Positions 9,218 to 17,856 of a DNA stretch of 64,000 nucleotides are shown here, piece by piece. The notes beneath the pieces are model-generated. The model saw only the letters and a list, made by a program, of their open reading frames with translations, was not told the DNA's origin and ran no database searches. Source of the stretch: Verrucomicrobiales bacterium (GTDB lineage: Bacteria > Verrucomicrobiota > Verrucomicrobiia > Verrucomicrobiales > DEV007); contig JAEUHI010000073.1 in NCBI GenBank assembly GCA_016795385.1, positions 15,322 to 79,321 of the forward strand, given 5' to 3'. The position numbers were made by a program, and so were the translations under genes. Position 1 is the first letter of the stretch; each line of letters begins with the position of its first letter.

Positions 9218-9517
9218 ATGGATACCGCCAGTTCCTCCGAAAACGTCCGGCAGAAGAAAACGGTCCGGGGCAGGATCATCGGCGTGCTCTTTGTGCTGTA
9301 TTTGGGAAAACTGATGGCGGGCACAGGGATCACGGTCACCACGGTGAAAGTTACAGACATTTTGGCGTCATCAGCCGTTTTGACGGGAGAATTCTCCACC
9401 CCTCCGATTGAGTTTAGCGGGGGGGAGGGTGCTCTGAGATTGAAACGGCCGCTCCCCAAGATGCCAATGAAGAGGAAGAGCCCTACGTGGGTTTCGTCTA
9501 CGCGATCACTTCCGTGA
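9218..9517 (+). CDS. N-terminal fragment (signal anchor plus first strands of an Ig/FN3-like domain) of the delta-60-repeat surface protein, out of frame with the main ORF
   Basis: MDTASS...RIIGVLFVLYLGKLMAG (TM anchor) then GITVTTVKVTDILASSAVLTGEF. This is the start of a domain type whose remaining strands are encoded in the 9487 ORF. The frames overlap at 9418-9517. Confidence 0.55.
   Translation: MDTASSSENVRQKKTVRGRIIGVLFVLYLGKLMAGTGITVTTVKVTDILASSAVLTGEFSTPPIEFSGGEGALRLKRPLPKMPMKRKSPTWVSSTRSLP
9419..9425 (+). repeat. homopolymeric G7 tract at the frame junction
   Basis: GGGGGGG at 9419-9425. It is the only slippery element inside the 100-nt overlap of the two frames. G8 would fuse 9218..13320 into one ORF. 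Confidence 0.8.
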
Positions 9518-12500
9518 ACAACGATCCGCAAGCGGGTGGCCAAGGTTGTGTCACGGTCAAGGTCGCGGGCCCACCGATCTCCCCGTTTGAATTTGAGGTT
9601 ACGGGACTCGTTCCGGGTACGGAATATTCATTCCGCGCTCTCCATAGTGCATGTAAGGATTTCCCGGGCGAACTCAAAACCTTCACCACCCTTGGTATTC
9701 GACCCGAGACCACCTCGACCAGTGAGATCATCGGCGACGGCATCCTCGCCTCGTCGCTCCAAGCGGACGGGCGCACCCTTCTCGGCGGGGATTTTTCACT
9801 CGTCGGCGGCAAGGTCCATCGGAACCTCGTCCGGCTCAGCCCCGATGGCTCGGTCGATGGCACCTACAAGGCCGGCGTCTCCGGTGCTTCCGGCAGTCAC
9901 GTCGCGGCGATCGCGAGCCAGTCGGATGGCAAGGTCTTGGTTGGCGGGGAGTTCAACGAGGTGAATGGTGTCATCGCTCCTGCCAACCTCGTCCGCCTCG
10001 ATGCGGCGGGGAATCGGGATGCGACCTTTGCCCCCGTGGTCGGCAATGGTCCGGTCGAGTGCCTCGCGATCCAGGCCGACGGAAAGATCCTCGTTGGAGG
10101 GAAGTTTGTCTCTCTCGGCGGAAACACCCGTTACGACACGCTCGCCCGACTCAATCCGGATGGCAGTCTCGACACCACCTTCAATTCCGGAACGGCGGCG
10201 GGCGGAGCCAATGTCAACGCCAACGACACGGTCCGTTCGATCGCGATCCTCAAGAACGGACAGATCCTCATCTCGGGCGGCTTCAACGCCTACAATGGCA
10301 CACCTCGTGACGGTTTCGCTCGGCTCAATTTCGATGGCACGATTGATGCCTCTTTCAATCCCGGATTTCGCCCCGATTCCTTTGCCGTCTTGCCTGATGA
10401 AGGCAAGATCCTCGTCGGGGCGTTCTTTGCCTCCATCACGCCTCCCGGATATGGAGTGGCGCGGCTCAATTCCGATGGGAGCAAAGATCTCACCTTTGCC
10501 ACGGCCGATCCCGATCGGGTTGTGCGGGTGAACGGCCCCGTCAACGCCCTCCTCGTCCAGGCCGATGGGGCGGTGGTGATCGGTGGACCCACCCTCGTGA
10601 ATGGATCACCGACGAAAGGCGTGGCGAGGCTTTCCGCCGTGGGAGTGCATGAGTCGGGCTACAACCCGGACTTCGACTACGTCGTCTCTTCTTTGGGCCT
10701 GCTGGGGAATGGCGGGCTCATCATCGGAGGATCCGAGTCCGCTCTCACCGGGGAAAAAGAGTTGATCGCGGTGGTCACCGGGACGACTCCCGCAGCCACC
10801 CTGCGCAGCACGAGTGCCACCCGTGTCGAGTGGTTGCGGGGCGGCGCGGTGCCGGAAGTCAGCCAGGTCAGCTTTGAGATTTCGACCAACAGCGGAGCTG
10901 CCTGGACTCCGTTCGCATCAGGCAGCCGGATTTCAGGAGGATGGGAAGCGACCGGCACCCTTCCGGCCATTGGATTGCTGCGGGCCCGCGGGCGCACGGT
11001 CGAAGGCAGCGGCAATGCCAGCAGTGGCCTCATCGAACAGATCGAGTCGTTCCCCGCCGCCGGGGCGGATGCGCCGGTCGTCGTGAATCCTTCGGTGAGC
11101 CTCGTGGGCGCGCGCACCGCCACCATCGGCGGCGAGGTGACCCAGCTCGGCAACCCAGGCATCACCGAGCGAGGCGTGGTCGTAGCGCGCACCGCCGATT
11201 CGTCGAATCCCTTCGTCGGCTCGACGAATGCGGTGACGTTTCTCGCGTCGGGCTCCGCCGGCATCGGAGTCTACAGCGTCGATACCAGAGGGCTCTTACC
11301 AGGCACCCACTACACCTTCAGAGCCTATGCGAAGAATGCGAACGGCACGCGTTATTCGCCGACCTCGACTTTCGTCACTCTCGGGGCGCCAGTCGTCAGC
11401 AAGCCGACGTTCGCTACGATCACCGATAACAGTGCGGTCCTTGGAGGCACGATCGACAGTAATCGGGGAAGTGCGATCACACGGCGTGGGGTCCTCGTCA
11501 TTCCGATCACGGTGCGGGCGGCGAACAGGCTCGTTTCCTCGGCTACGGCGACTCTTTCATTCGTGGATAACAACTCGGCCGATGAAGAAATTACCGTGAA
11601 CGCTGCCGGACTCAACCCGGATACCGAGTACCGTTTTGCTGCCTTCGCCACGAACCAATTCGGGACGAGCTACAGCCCTTTTGGTACTTTCATCACCACC
11701 GGAGCCTCCCCATCGGAGACTTCGGAAGAACCGGATTTCATCTCCGGATCAGGATGGTCGAGCGTTTCTTCCACTCCCGAAGAGGCTGGCACACCGGGCA
11801 ATCTTGACGGCGGCTTTGATCCCGGTGCGATCGATGGAATCGTGCAAGTGATCGCCGTCCAGCCCGATGGCGGCATCTTGATCGCCGGAGAGTTCAACGA
11901 AGTGCAGGGCGAGGTCCGCACCGGTCTCGCCCGCCTCGACCCGACCGGGCTCCTTGATCTCGGGTTCGACATGACGACCGACGGCGTTATCTACACGCTA
12001 CGCATCCTTCCCAACGGCCGCCTTCTCGTTGGGGGCTTTTTCCTCCAGGTCAATGGCAGGCAGACGCAGCGGCTAGCCCTTCTGGAAGAGGACGGTTCGC
12101 TCGTCGATCGGACCGAGTTCGACATCGGGGGCGGGGTCGACGGCATCGTTTACACCACCGCGCTGCAGGAGGACGGAAAGATCCTTATTGGCGGCTTTTT
12201 CGACTCGGTCCAAGGCGTCGCCCGGAGCCATCTCGCCCGCCTCCATCCCGATGGGAGCCTGGATGAAGACTTCGATCCCGTTGCCAATGATGCTGTCTAC
12301 AGCCTCGCCGTGCAGAGCGATGGCAAGATCCTTGTCGGGGGGAATTTCACAACGCTGAACGCCGTCAGCGCAGGTCGCCTCGCCCGCCTCGAGAGCGACG
12401 GCGATCTTGATGGGTCCTTTGACCCCGGCGCGGGGGCGAACGGACGCATCGTCAGCCTCGCCCCCCAGGCTGATGGCAAAATTCTCCTCACCGGCGAATT

Positions 12501-13320
12501 CACCCGATACGATGGCACGACGCGCAACCGCGTCGCGCGGATCCTGCCGGACGGACTTCTCGACACGGCCTTCAACCCCGGCACCGGGGCGAACGGGCCG
12601 ATCTACACCTTCGCCGTGCAGACGGACGGAACGATTCTGCTGGGAGGCGACTTCACCAGTCTCAACGGCAACGCCCGCAACCGCATCGCCCGACTCCTCG
12701 CGAACGGAGCGCTCGATGCCACCTTCGATCCCGGCGCCGGGGCCGATGCCGAAGTCTCGGCCGTCGCCCTGCAGGAGGACGGCGGCATTCTTATCGGCGG
12801 CGATTTCGTTTACGTCGATGGCGAACTCCGCAGCCGTCTTGCCCGCTTTGAGAACGCTGCCGCGACCGAGACCTTCACCGTCGTCAACGGTCGCACCGTC
12901 GATTGGCTGCGCGGCGGGGCGGGGCCCGAGTTGCAGGATGCCGCGCTCGAGTTTTCCAACAACGGGGGGCTTTCCTGGGAGACCCACGGTACCGCCGCGC
13001 GCATCCTCGGAGGCTGGCGCTTCGGCGGGGACAAGCTGCCTCTCGCTGGAATGGTGAGGGCGCGGGGGAATACAGCGGGCGGATTCCTCGGTGCCAGTGC
13101 CGGATTGGTCGAGGCCTCGTCCGCGTTCGACCATACCACCCGCGTCGCCGCCCTGAGGGCATCGCTGATCTCGGCGAACGCCGGCTCGGCCAAACTACAG
13201 AAACAGATCAAGGCGGCAAAGAAGAAAAAGAACACCTCCAAGGTCAAAAAGCTGACCAAACAGCTCAAGACCTTGACGACGCGGATCAATGCCACCCGGG
13301 GCGATCTCGCCAACTACTAA
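9487..13320 (+). CDS. delta-60 repeat (DUF5122 beta-propeller) surface protein with Ig/FN3-like domains and a Lys-rich C-terminal tail
   Basis: More than 12 repeats of the delta-60 signature: LARLNPDGSLDTTFNSG, FARLNFDGTIDASFNPG, LARLHPDGSLDEDFDP, VARILPDGLLDTAFNPGTGANG...DGKILLGG. Three ITERG[VI]V-type Ig/FN3-like domains. Tail KLQKQIKAAKKKKNTSKVKKLTKQLK. The true N-terminus is probably at 9218 (see frameshift). Confidence 0.85.
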   Translation: MGFVYAITSVNNDPQAGGQGCVTVKVAGPPISPFEFEVTGLVPGTEYSFRALHSACKDFPGELKTFTTLGIRPETTSTSEIIGDGILASSLQADGRTLLGGDFSLVGGKVHRNLVRLSPDGSVDGTYKAGVSGASGSHVAAIASQSDGKVLVGGEFNEVNGVIAPANLVRLDAAGNRDATFAPVVGNGPVECLAIQADGKILVGGKFVSLGGNTRYDTLARLNPDGSLDTTFNSGTAAGGANVNANDTVRSIAILKNGQILISGGFNAYNGTPRDGFARLNFDGTIDASFNPGFRPDSFAVLPDEGKILVGAFFASITPPGYGVARLNSDGSKDLTFATADPDRVVRVNGPVNALLVQADGAVVIGGPTLVNGSPTKGVARLSAVGVHESGYNPDFDYVVSSLGLLGNGGLIIGGSESALTGEKELIAVVTGTTPAATLRSTSATRVEWLRGGAVPEVSQVSFEISTNSGAAWTPFASGSRISGGWEATGTLPAIGLLRARGRTVEGSGNASSGLIEQIESFPAAGADAPVVVNPSVSLVGARTATIGGEVTQLGNPGITERGVVVARTADSSNPFVGSTNAVTFLASGSAGIGVYSVDTRGLLPGTHYTFRAYAKNANGTRYSPTSTFVTLGAPVVSKPTFATITDNSAVLGGTIDSNRGSAITRRGVLVIPITVRAANRLVSSATATLSFVDNNSADEEITVNAAGLNPDTEYRFAAFATNQFGTSYSPFGTFITTGASPSETSEEPDFISGSGWSSVSSTPEEAGTPGNLDGGFDPGAIDGIVQVIAVQPDGGILIAGEFNEVQGEVRTGLARLDPTGLLDLGFDMTTDGVIYTLRILPNGRLLVGGFFLQVNGRQTQRLALLEEDGSLVDRTEFDIGGGVDGIVYTTALQEDGKILIGGFFDSVQGVARSHLARLHPDGSLDEDFDPVANDAVYSLAVQSDGKILVGGNFTTLNAVSAGRLARLESDGDLDGSFDPGAGANGRIVSLAPQADGKILLTGEFTRYDGTTRNRVARILPDGLLDTAFNPGTGANGPIYTFAVQTDGTILLGGDFTSLNGNARNRIARLLANGALDATFDPGAGADAEVSAVALQEDGGILIGGDFVYVDGELRSRLARFENAAATETFTVVNGRTVDWLRGGAGPELQDAALEFSNNGGLSWETHGTAARILGGWRFGGDKLPLAGMVRARGNTAGGFLGASAGLVEASSAFDHTTRVAALRASLISANAGSAKLQKQIKAAKKKKNTSKVKKLTKQLKTLTTRINATRGDLANY

Positions 13321-13334
13321 GCTCTTTTTTCCGC

Positions 13335-16300
13335 ATGATCTTCCGAACTTTGCTGATCGCCCTCCTCACCCTCAGCGGTTTGCCTCTCGTGGCGCAGAAT
13401 GTGCCCCCGAGCTTCCGCGCTCCCGGCTGGACCGAATACACCGCCGCCGGGACGCGGGACTGGACCGCGATCACCGCCTCTGATGACGGCAGCAAGCTCG
13501 CCGCAACAGTGAATGGAGGCAAAATCTGGACGAGTGACAACGGCGGCGCGACGTGGACGGAGCGGACCGCGACGCCGACCGCTTTCTACACCGCGATCGC
13601 TTCATCCGCGGACGGCCAGGTCATCGGGGCGGTGGCCACGAGCGGTCAGATCCAGGTCTCGACCGATGGTGGAGCCACCTGGAATGGGCGCGGCAGTTCG
13701 GGACGTCGTCATGGCGTGGGTGTCTCCAGCGATGGGACCCAGCTCGTCACCGCCGTTTACGGAGGATCGCTCCAGCGCTCGGTCGACTCGGGCACGACGT
13801 GGAACAACGTGTCCGCGGCGGGCACCCGGGATTGGTTCACCGTCACCTTGTCGGGTGGGGGATCGGTCATTGTCGGAGGAGTCGAGGATGGACAACTCCA
13901 TGTCTCGACCGACTCCGGCACCACGTGGAATGCCCGCGCTTCCAACCGTTATTGGATCGGCCTGACAGCCTCGAGCGATGGATCGAAGCTCGCCGCCACC
14001 TCCTATCAGGATTCCTTCGCCGCTCCCGACGGTCTCTATCTTTCGACCGACTCGGGCACCACGTGGACGAAAAGCACGTCCGCCGGGGACCGCGACTGGC
14101 GCACCGTTTCGATGTCGTCCGACGGGTCGAAGCTCGTCGCGGTGGTTTTTGGTGGCGAGGTCCATACCTCGACCGATTCCGGCGCGACCTGGACCGCTCG
14201 ATCGCTCGCCGGCACTCTGAACTGGCGTGGTGCCGCGATGAGCCGCGACGGGAGCAAATGCGCTGTCGCCGCCTTCGGGGCCGGGATCCACGCGGCCGAC
14301 CCGTCCTTGAACGACACGATCACCGTGGCCGCCGGGAGCGGGGTCCAGACGGTGGCGAACTTCATCACCGACTTCGACGCCGGCACGATCGCCGGTAATC
14401 CCGCGGGCTTGCCGATCTTCTCCGCGACGGACGACAACAACGCCCTCTTCACGAGCGCCCCGAACTTCACCGACAACAACGACGGCACCGCCACCCTCGA
14501 TTTCACCCCCGGGGCCGGCGCGGGTACGGCCATCGTGACGGCCACCGTCGAGGTCACCGACACAGTCACGCTGATGGCGACGGAGACGAGCGCGCCCCAT
14601 CGTTTTCGCATCACCCTCACGGCTCCCGCCGCCAGTGCCGATCTCTTATCCCTGACGCTTTCCGCGGGCACCCTTTCGCCGGCCTTTTCCGCGGGCACGC
14701 TGGCTTACACGACCACGGTCACGAATCCCACCACTTCGATCCAGATCACCCCGACGGTCGCCGATGGCAATGATACCGTCACGGTCAACGGGCAGGCGGT
14801 GGTTTCCGGCGCTGCGAGCCAAGCCATTTCTTTGGGCTATGGCGATACCGTCATCCCCGTCGTCGTCACGGACGTCGGCGGGGTCGTCTCCAAATCTTAT
14901 CAGATCACCGTCACCCGCCCCAACACCGCTCCGACCGATGTCACCTTGAGCAACTCCGCCATCTCCGAAAACGCTGACGGGGCCGTGGTCGGGACGCTCG
15001 GGGCGGTCGACCCAGATCCGGGGCAGACCTTCACGTTCACCCTCGTCGCCGGGCTGGGGGCGGGCGACAACGCACTCTTCGAGATCAATGGAAATCAATT
15101 GAAGCTGAAGAACGGTCAATCGGCCGACTTCGAGGTCAAGGCGCAATACTCTGTGCGGGTGCAAGTCTCCGACGGCGTCGGGGGGGCCTTTGCCCGGTCT
15201 TTTGTGATCGGTGTCACGAACCGGAATGAAATCCCTTCTTTCACCAAGGGGGCGAATCCCGACATCTCCCATACCACCTCGACTCAGACGGTGACCAATT
15301 GGGCGACGGCGATCAATGACGGCGACAGCACCATCGAGCAGACGCTCTCCTTCACCGTGACCGAACAGGGTGCAAGCGGGCTCTTCACCCTCTTGCCTAC
15401 GGTCAGCTCCTCGGGGACCCTGACCTACACCCCGAACGGCAAAGCCGGCACCGCGACGTTTTTGATCACCCTCACCGATGATGCCTCCATCAACGGCGAT
15501 GCCGCCCTCACCACCGTTTCGACATCCTTCACGATCACGATCACCGCGGTGGCGCCTTCGCTGTCGAGCCCTGCTTCGCCGACCTCGATCACCAGCACAG
15601 GAGCCGTCCTCGGCGGCAGCATTTCGGGCGATGGCGGCACGACGATCACGGAACGTGGCATCGTCATCGCCCTTGCCTCGGATCCGCTGCCAGCGATCGG
15701 GGGCCCGGGGGTCATCAAAGTGAATCCGTCGGGATCCGGCACCGGCTTTTTCTCTATCTCGATTCCCGGGTTGTTGCCGGGCACCGCCTACCAGTTCCGC
15801 ACCTTTGCCACCAACTCCGCTGGCACCACCTACAGCGCCCCGCAGACCTTCACCACGCTGGCGGGAGATCCCGATCTCGTTCTCGAGTCGCCCCCGGGCA
15901 CGGCGCTTCCCGGGGCCGAGGTTTCCGGATGGGGACGGAGCCGCGACAAGCAATTGGAGAGTCCCGGCGGTCTCGGATCGGTCATCGCGGTCGCGGCGGG
16001 TTACACCCATTCCCTCGCCCTCAAAGAGAACGGCACCGTGGCGGCGTGGGGCGGGAATGTTCACCGTCAGATCGACGTGCCTTCCGGACTCACCGGGGTC
16101 AAAGCGGTCGCGGCCGGGTCCTATCACAGTCTGATTCTCAAGAGCGACAACACGGTCGTGGCTTTTGGCAGGAACCACGCGGGGCAATCCACCGTGCCGG
16201 CCGGGCTCACCGGCGTCATCGCCATCTCCGCAGGTGCCGAACACAGCGTCGCCCTGAAAAACGATGGCACCCTGGCGATGTGGGGGAGCAATGCCGCCGG

Positions 16301-17663
16301 ACAGTCCACCGCTCCCGGGGGACTGGGCACCGTCTCCGCGATCGCTGCGGGCGGCTACCACACCCTTGCCCTTGCCGGTGGGCAAGTCAGAGCGTGGGGG
16401 AGTAGCGCCGAAGGGCAGACCACCGTCCCGACGGCCGCTCTCACGGGAGTGACGGCCATCGCCGCCGGTGCCTACCATAGCCTCGCCCTGAAGGACGACG
16501 GCAGCGTCGTCGCCTGGGGCGCGAAAAGCGCGGGGCAGTCGACCGTGCCGGCCGGGCTGAGCGATGTCATCGCCATCGCCGCCGGTGCCTACCACAGCCT
16601 CGCCCTGAAGGAGGACGGCAGTGTCGTCGCCTGGGGCTGGAATCACGAGGGACAGGGCACCGTGCCTTCTGGGACCGGCGACATGAACCGCCTCGCCGCT
16701 GGCTACGGACACAATCTTGTCGCGAAGGGACCGCGCCTCGTCTTTGCCGATGAAGCCGTTCCCGGGACGGTGCCGGCCGATCCGAAAACGATCGTCGTCA
16801 AGAATTCGGGGACCTCGGAGCTTGTCTTCACCTCAGCCGCGCTCTCCGGAGCGCACCCCGGCGATTTCGCCCTCGTCACCACCGGGATCACCTTCCCCGC
16901 GACCGTGCTGCCCGGCACTTCCGTGAGCTTCTCGGTGGATTTCAAACCCACGGCGGAGGGCGTCCGCCGCGCGACTCTCACGATCCGCACGAACGATCCC
17001 AATGAGAATCCCACCCTCCTCGCCCTCTCGGGCACCGGACTGGCGGCGGCACCTGCTCCCGAGGAACCCGAGGGCGACTCTCTCACGGGAGTCTCGGGCC
17101 AATCGAACACTCCAGGATCAGCGGGATCCGGGCAGGGCAGCGGAACTGCCACGGGCAGGCCTGGCCCGGTGGGCGGTCGCTTTGGTGCTGGGGCAGGAAA
17201 CGCTGGCGACGGCTCGATCCGGCCCGATCTGGCCGCCGGCACGACGCTCTCAAACCTCACCGGGGTCGGGGAACGGAGTTCCCGCAAACGACAGATCAGC
17301 GAGGCCGGGACGAATCGCCAGGGAATTGAAAAGGGCTATTGGACTGTCGCCAATCTCGGCACCCTCGCCGATGAACTGCGAGTCTCCGCACCGAGAGGGG
17401 CCCGTTCGCTCCGCTTCCGTTTCCGCGACGAGTCGGGTCAGGTCTCCGCCCGCATCTTCACGGGGCGCTACGAGACACCGGCGATGGATCATCGGGACGC
17501 TCCCAAAGTCCTCATCGGCACGGTCGCCCCGGGTCGCTCTCTTCTCGATCCGACGAAGCGGCGGGGTGGGGGAAAAGCCGTCACCCTCCTCCTCAAAGTC
17601 ACCTCCACCACCTCACCCCATCGCCGCGACGAGGCTGGCTTGCGCTTTGGAGGGCGCGAATAG
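13335..17663 (+). CDS. secreted multidomain protein: BNR/Asp-box propeller, cadherin-like domains, Ig/FN3-like domain, RCC1 repeats, choice-of-anchor-D/ASH domain, CARDB-like C-terminus
   Basis: Start at the ATG with signal peptide MIFRTLLIALLTLSGLPLVAQ; the track's 12903 start is an in-frame read-through over the previous gene. Asp-boxes STDGGATW, SVDSGTTW and STDSGTTW x3. Cadherin unit NTAPTDVTLSNSAISEN...FEVKAQYSVRVQVSDG. RCC1-type AAGYTHSLALKENGTVAAWG repeated about 7 times. ASH-like VVKNSGTSELVFTS...FSVDFKPT. Confidence 0.85.
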   Translation: MIFRTLLIALLTLSGLPLVAQNVPPSFRAPGWTEYTAAGTRDWTAITASDDGSKLAATVNGGKIWTSDNGGATWTERTATPTAFYTAIASSADGQVIGAVATSGQIQVSTDGGATWNGRGSSGRRHGVGVSSDGTQLVTAVYGGSLQRSVDSGTTWNNVSAAGTRDWFTVTLSGGGSVIVGGVEDGQLHVSTDSGTTWNARASNRYWIGLTASSDGSKLAATSYQDSFAAPDGLYLSTDSGTTWTKSTSAGDRDWRTVSMSSDGSKLVAVVFGGEVHTSTDSGATWTARSLAGTLNWRGAAMSRDGSKCAVAAFGAGIHAADPSLNDTITVAAGSGVQTVANFITDFDAGTIAGNPAGLPIFSATDDNNALFTSAPNFTDNNDGTATLDFTPGAGAGTAIVTATVEVTDTVTLMATETSAPHRFRITLTAPAASADLLSLTLSAGTLSPAFSAGTLAYTTTVTNPTTSIQITPTVADGNDTVTVNGQAVVSGAASQAISLGYGDTVIPVVVTDVGGVVSKSYQITVTRPNTAPTDVTLSNSAISENADGAVVGTLGAVDPDPGQTFTFTLVAGLGAGDNALFEINGNQLKLKNGQSADFEVKAQYSVRVQVSDGVGGAFARSFVIGVTNRNEIPSFTKGANPDISHTTSTQTVTNWATAINDGDSTIEQTLSFTVTEQGASGLFTLLPTVSSSGTLTYTPNGKAGTATFLITLTDDASINGDAALTTVSTSFTITITAVAPSLSSPASPTSITSTGAVLGGSISGDGGTTITERGIVIALASDPLPAIGGPGVIKVNPSGSGTGFFSISIPGLLPGTAYQFRTFATNSAGTTYSAPQTFTTLAGDPDLVLESPPGTALPGAEVSGWGRSRDKQLESPGGLGSVIAVAAGYTHSLALKENGTVAAWGGNVHRQIDVPSGLTGVKAVAAGSYHSLILKSDNTVVAFGRNHAGQSTVPAGLTGVIAISAGAEHSVALKNDGTLAMWGSNAAGQSTAPGGLGTVSAIAAGGYHTLALAGGQVRAWGSSAEGQTTVPTAALTGVTAIAAGAYHSLALKDDGSVVAWGAKSAGQSTVPAGLSDVIAIAAGAYHSLALKEDGSVVAWGWNHEGQGTVPSGTGDMNRLAAGYGHNLVAKGPRLVFADEAVPGTVPADPKTIVVKNSGTSELVFTSAALSGAHPGDFALVTTGITFPATVLPGTSVSFSVDFKPTAEGVRRATLTIRTNDPNENPTLLALSGTGLAAAPAPEEPEGDSLTGVSGQSNTPGSAGSGQGSGTATGRPGPVGGRFGAGAGNAGDGSIRPDLAAGTTLSNLTGVGERSSRKRQISEAGTNRQGIEKGYWTVANLGTLADELRVSAPRGARSLRFRFRDESGQVSARIFTGRYETPAMDHRDAPKVLIGTVAPGRSLLDPTKRRGGGKAVTLLLKVTSTTSPHRRDEAGLRFGGRE

Positions 17664-17856
17664 AGCGGTCTGCGGACTGCAATTGGCCCGGATCTGCTCG
17701 TTGATTCTCATGTTTGAGATAGTTCGCAAAAGTTTGAAATTTACTGCTGGCTTTTTAAAAACAATACCCGTTTTTATGCGGCGTTTTGCCTGCTCGGCAC
17801 CGATTCCGCTTTTCCCCGCATTCCCCGTCTTACTCTGTACTTTTTCCCATAGTCCC

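Noticed and set aside
13294-13302. RGD tripeptide (TRGDLANY) at the extreme C-terminus of gene 1 as an integrin-binding motif
   Set aside because: A tripeptide is expected by chance in about 6,700 aa of protein, and nothing else indicates an animal-host lifestyle.
12903-13334. Upstream extension of the gene 2 ORF (track start 12903), and likewise 17002..17856 for gene 3
   Set aside because: The extensions overlap the preceding genes out of frame and translate to Arg/Pro-rich nonsense. Good signal peptides begin at the internal ATGs 13335 and 17857, each just after the preceding gene's stop.
14646-16712. 688-aa minus-strand ORF, and similar ones at 33259..34869 (+), 36737..38632 (+), 47827..49272 (-), 50473..52170 (-), 56098..57606 (+), 61874..63637 (+), 29999..31036 (-), 43531..44514 (+), 44926..45897 (-) and 46307..47257 (-)
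   Set aside because: All are opposite-strand shadows of confidently identified genes (surface protein, sulfatase, PHP protein, guaA, kef fusion, kinase, GAF membrane protein, asnS, beta-helix, NHL, guaB). Composition is biased and no motifs are present.
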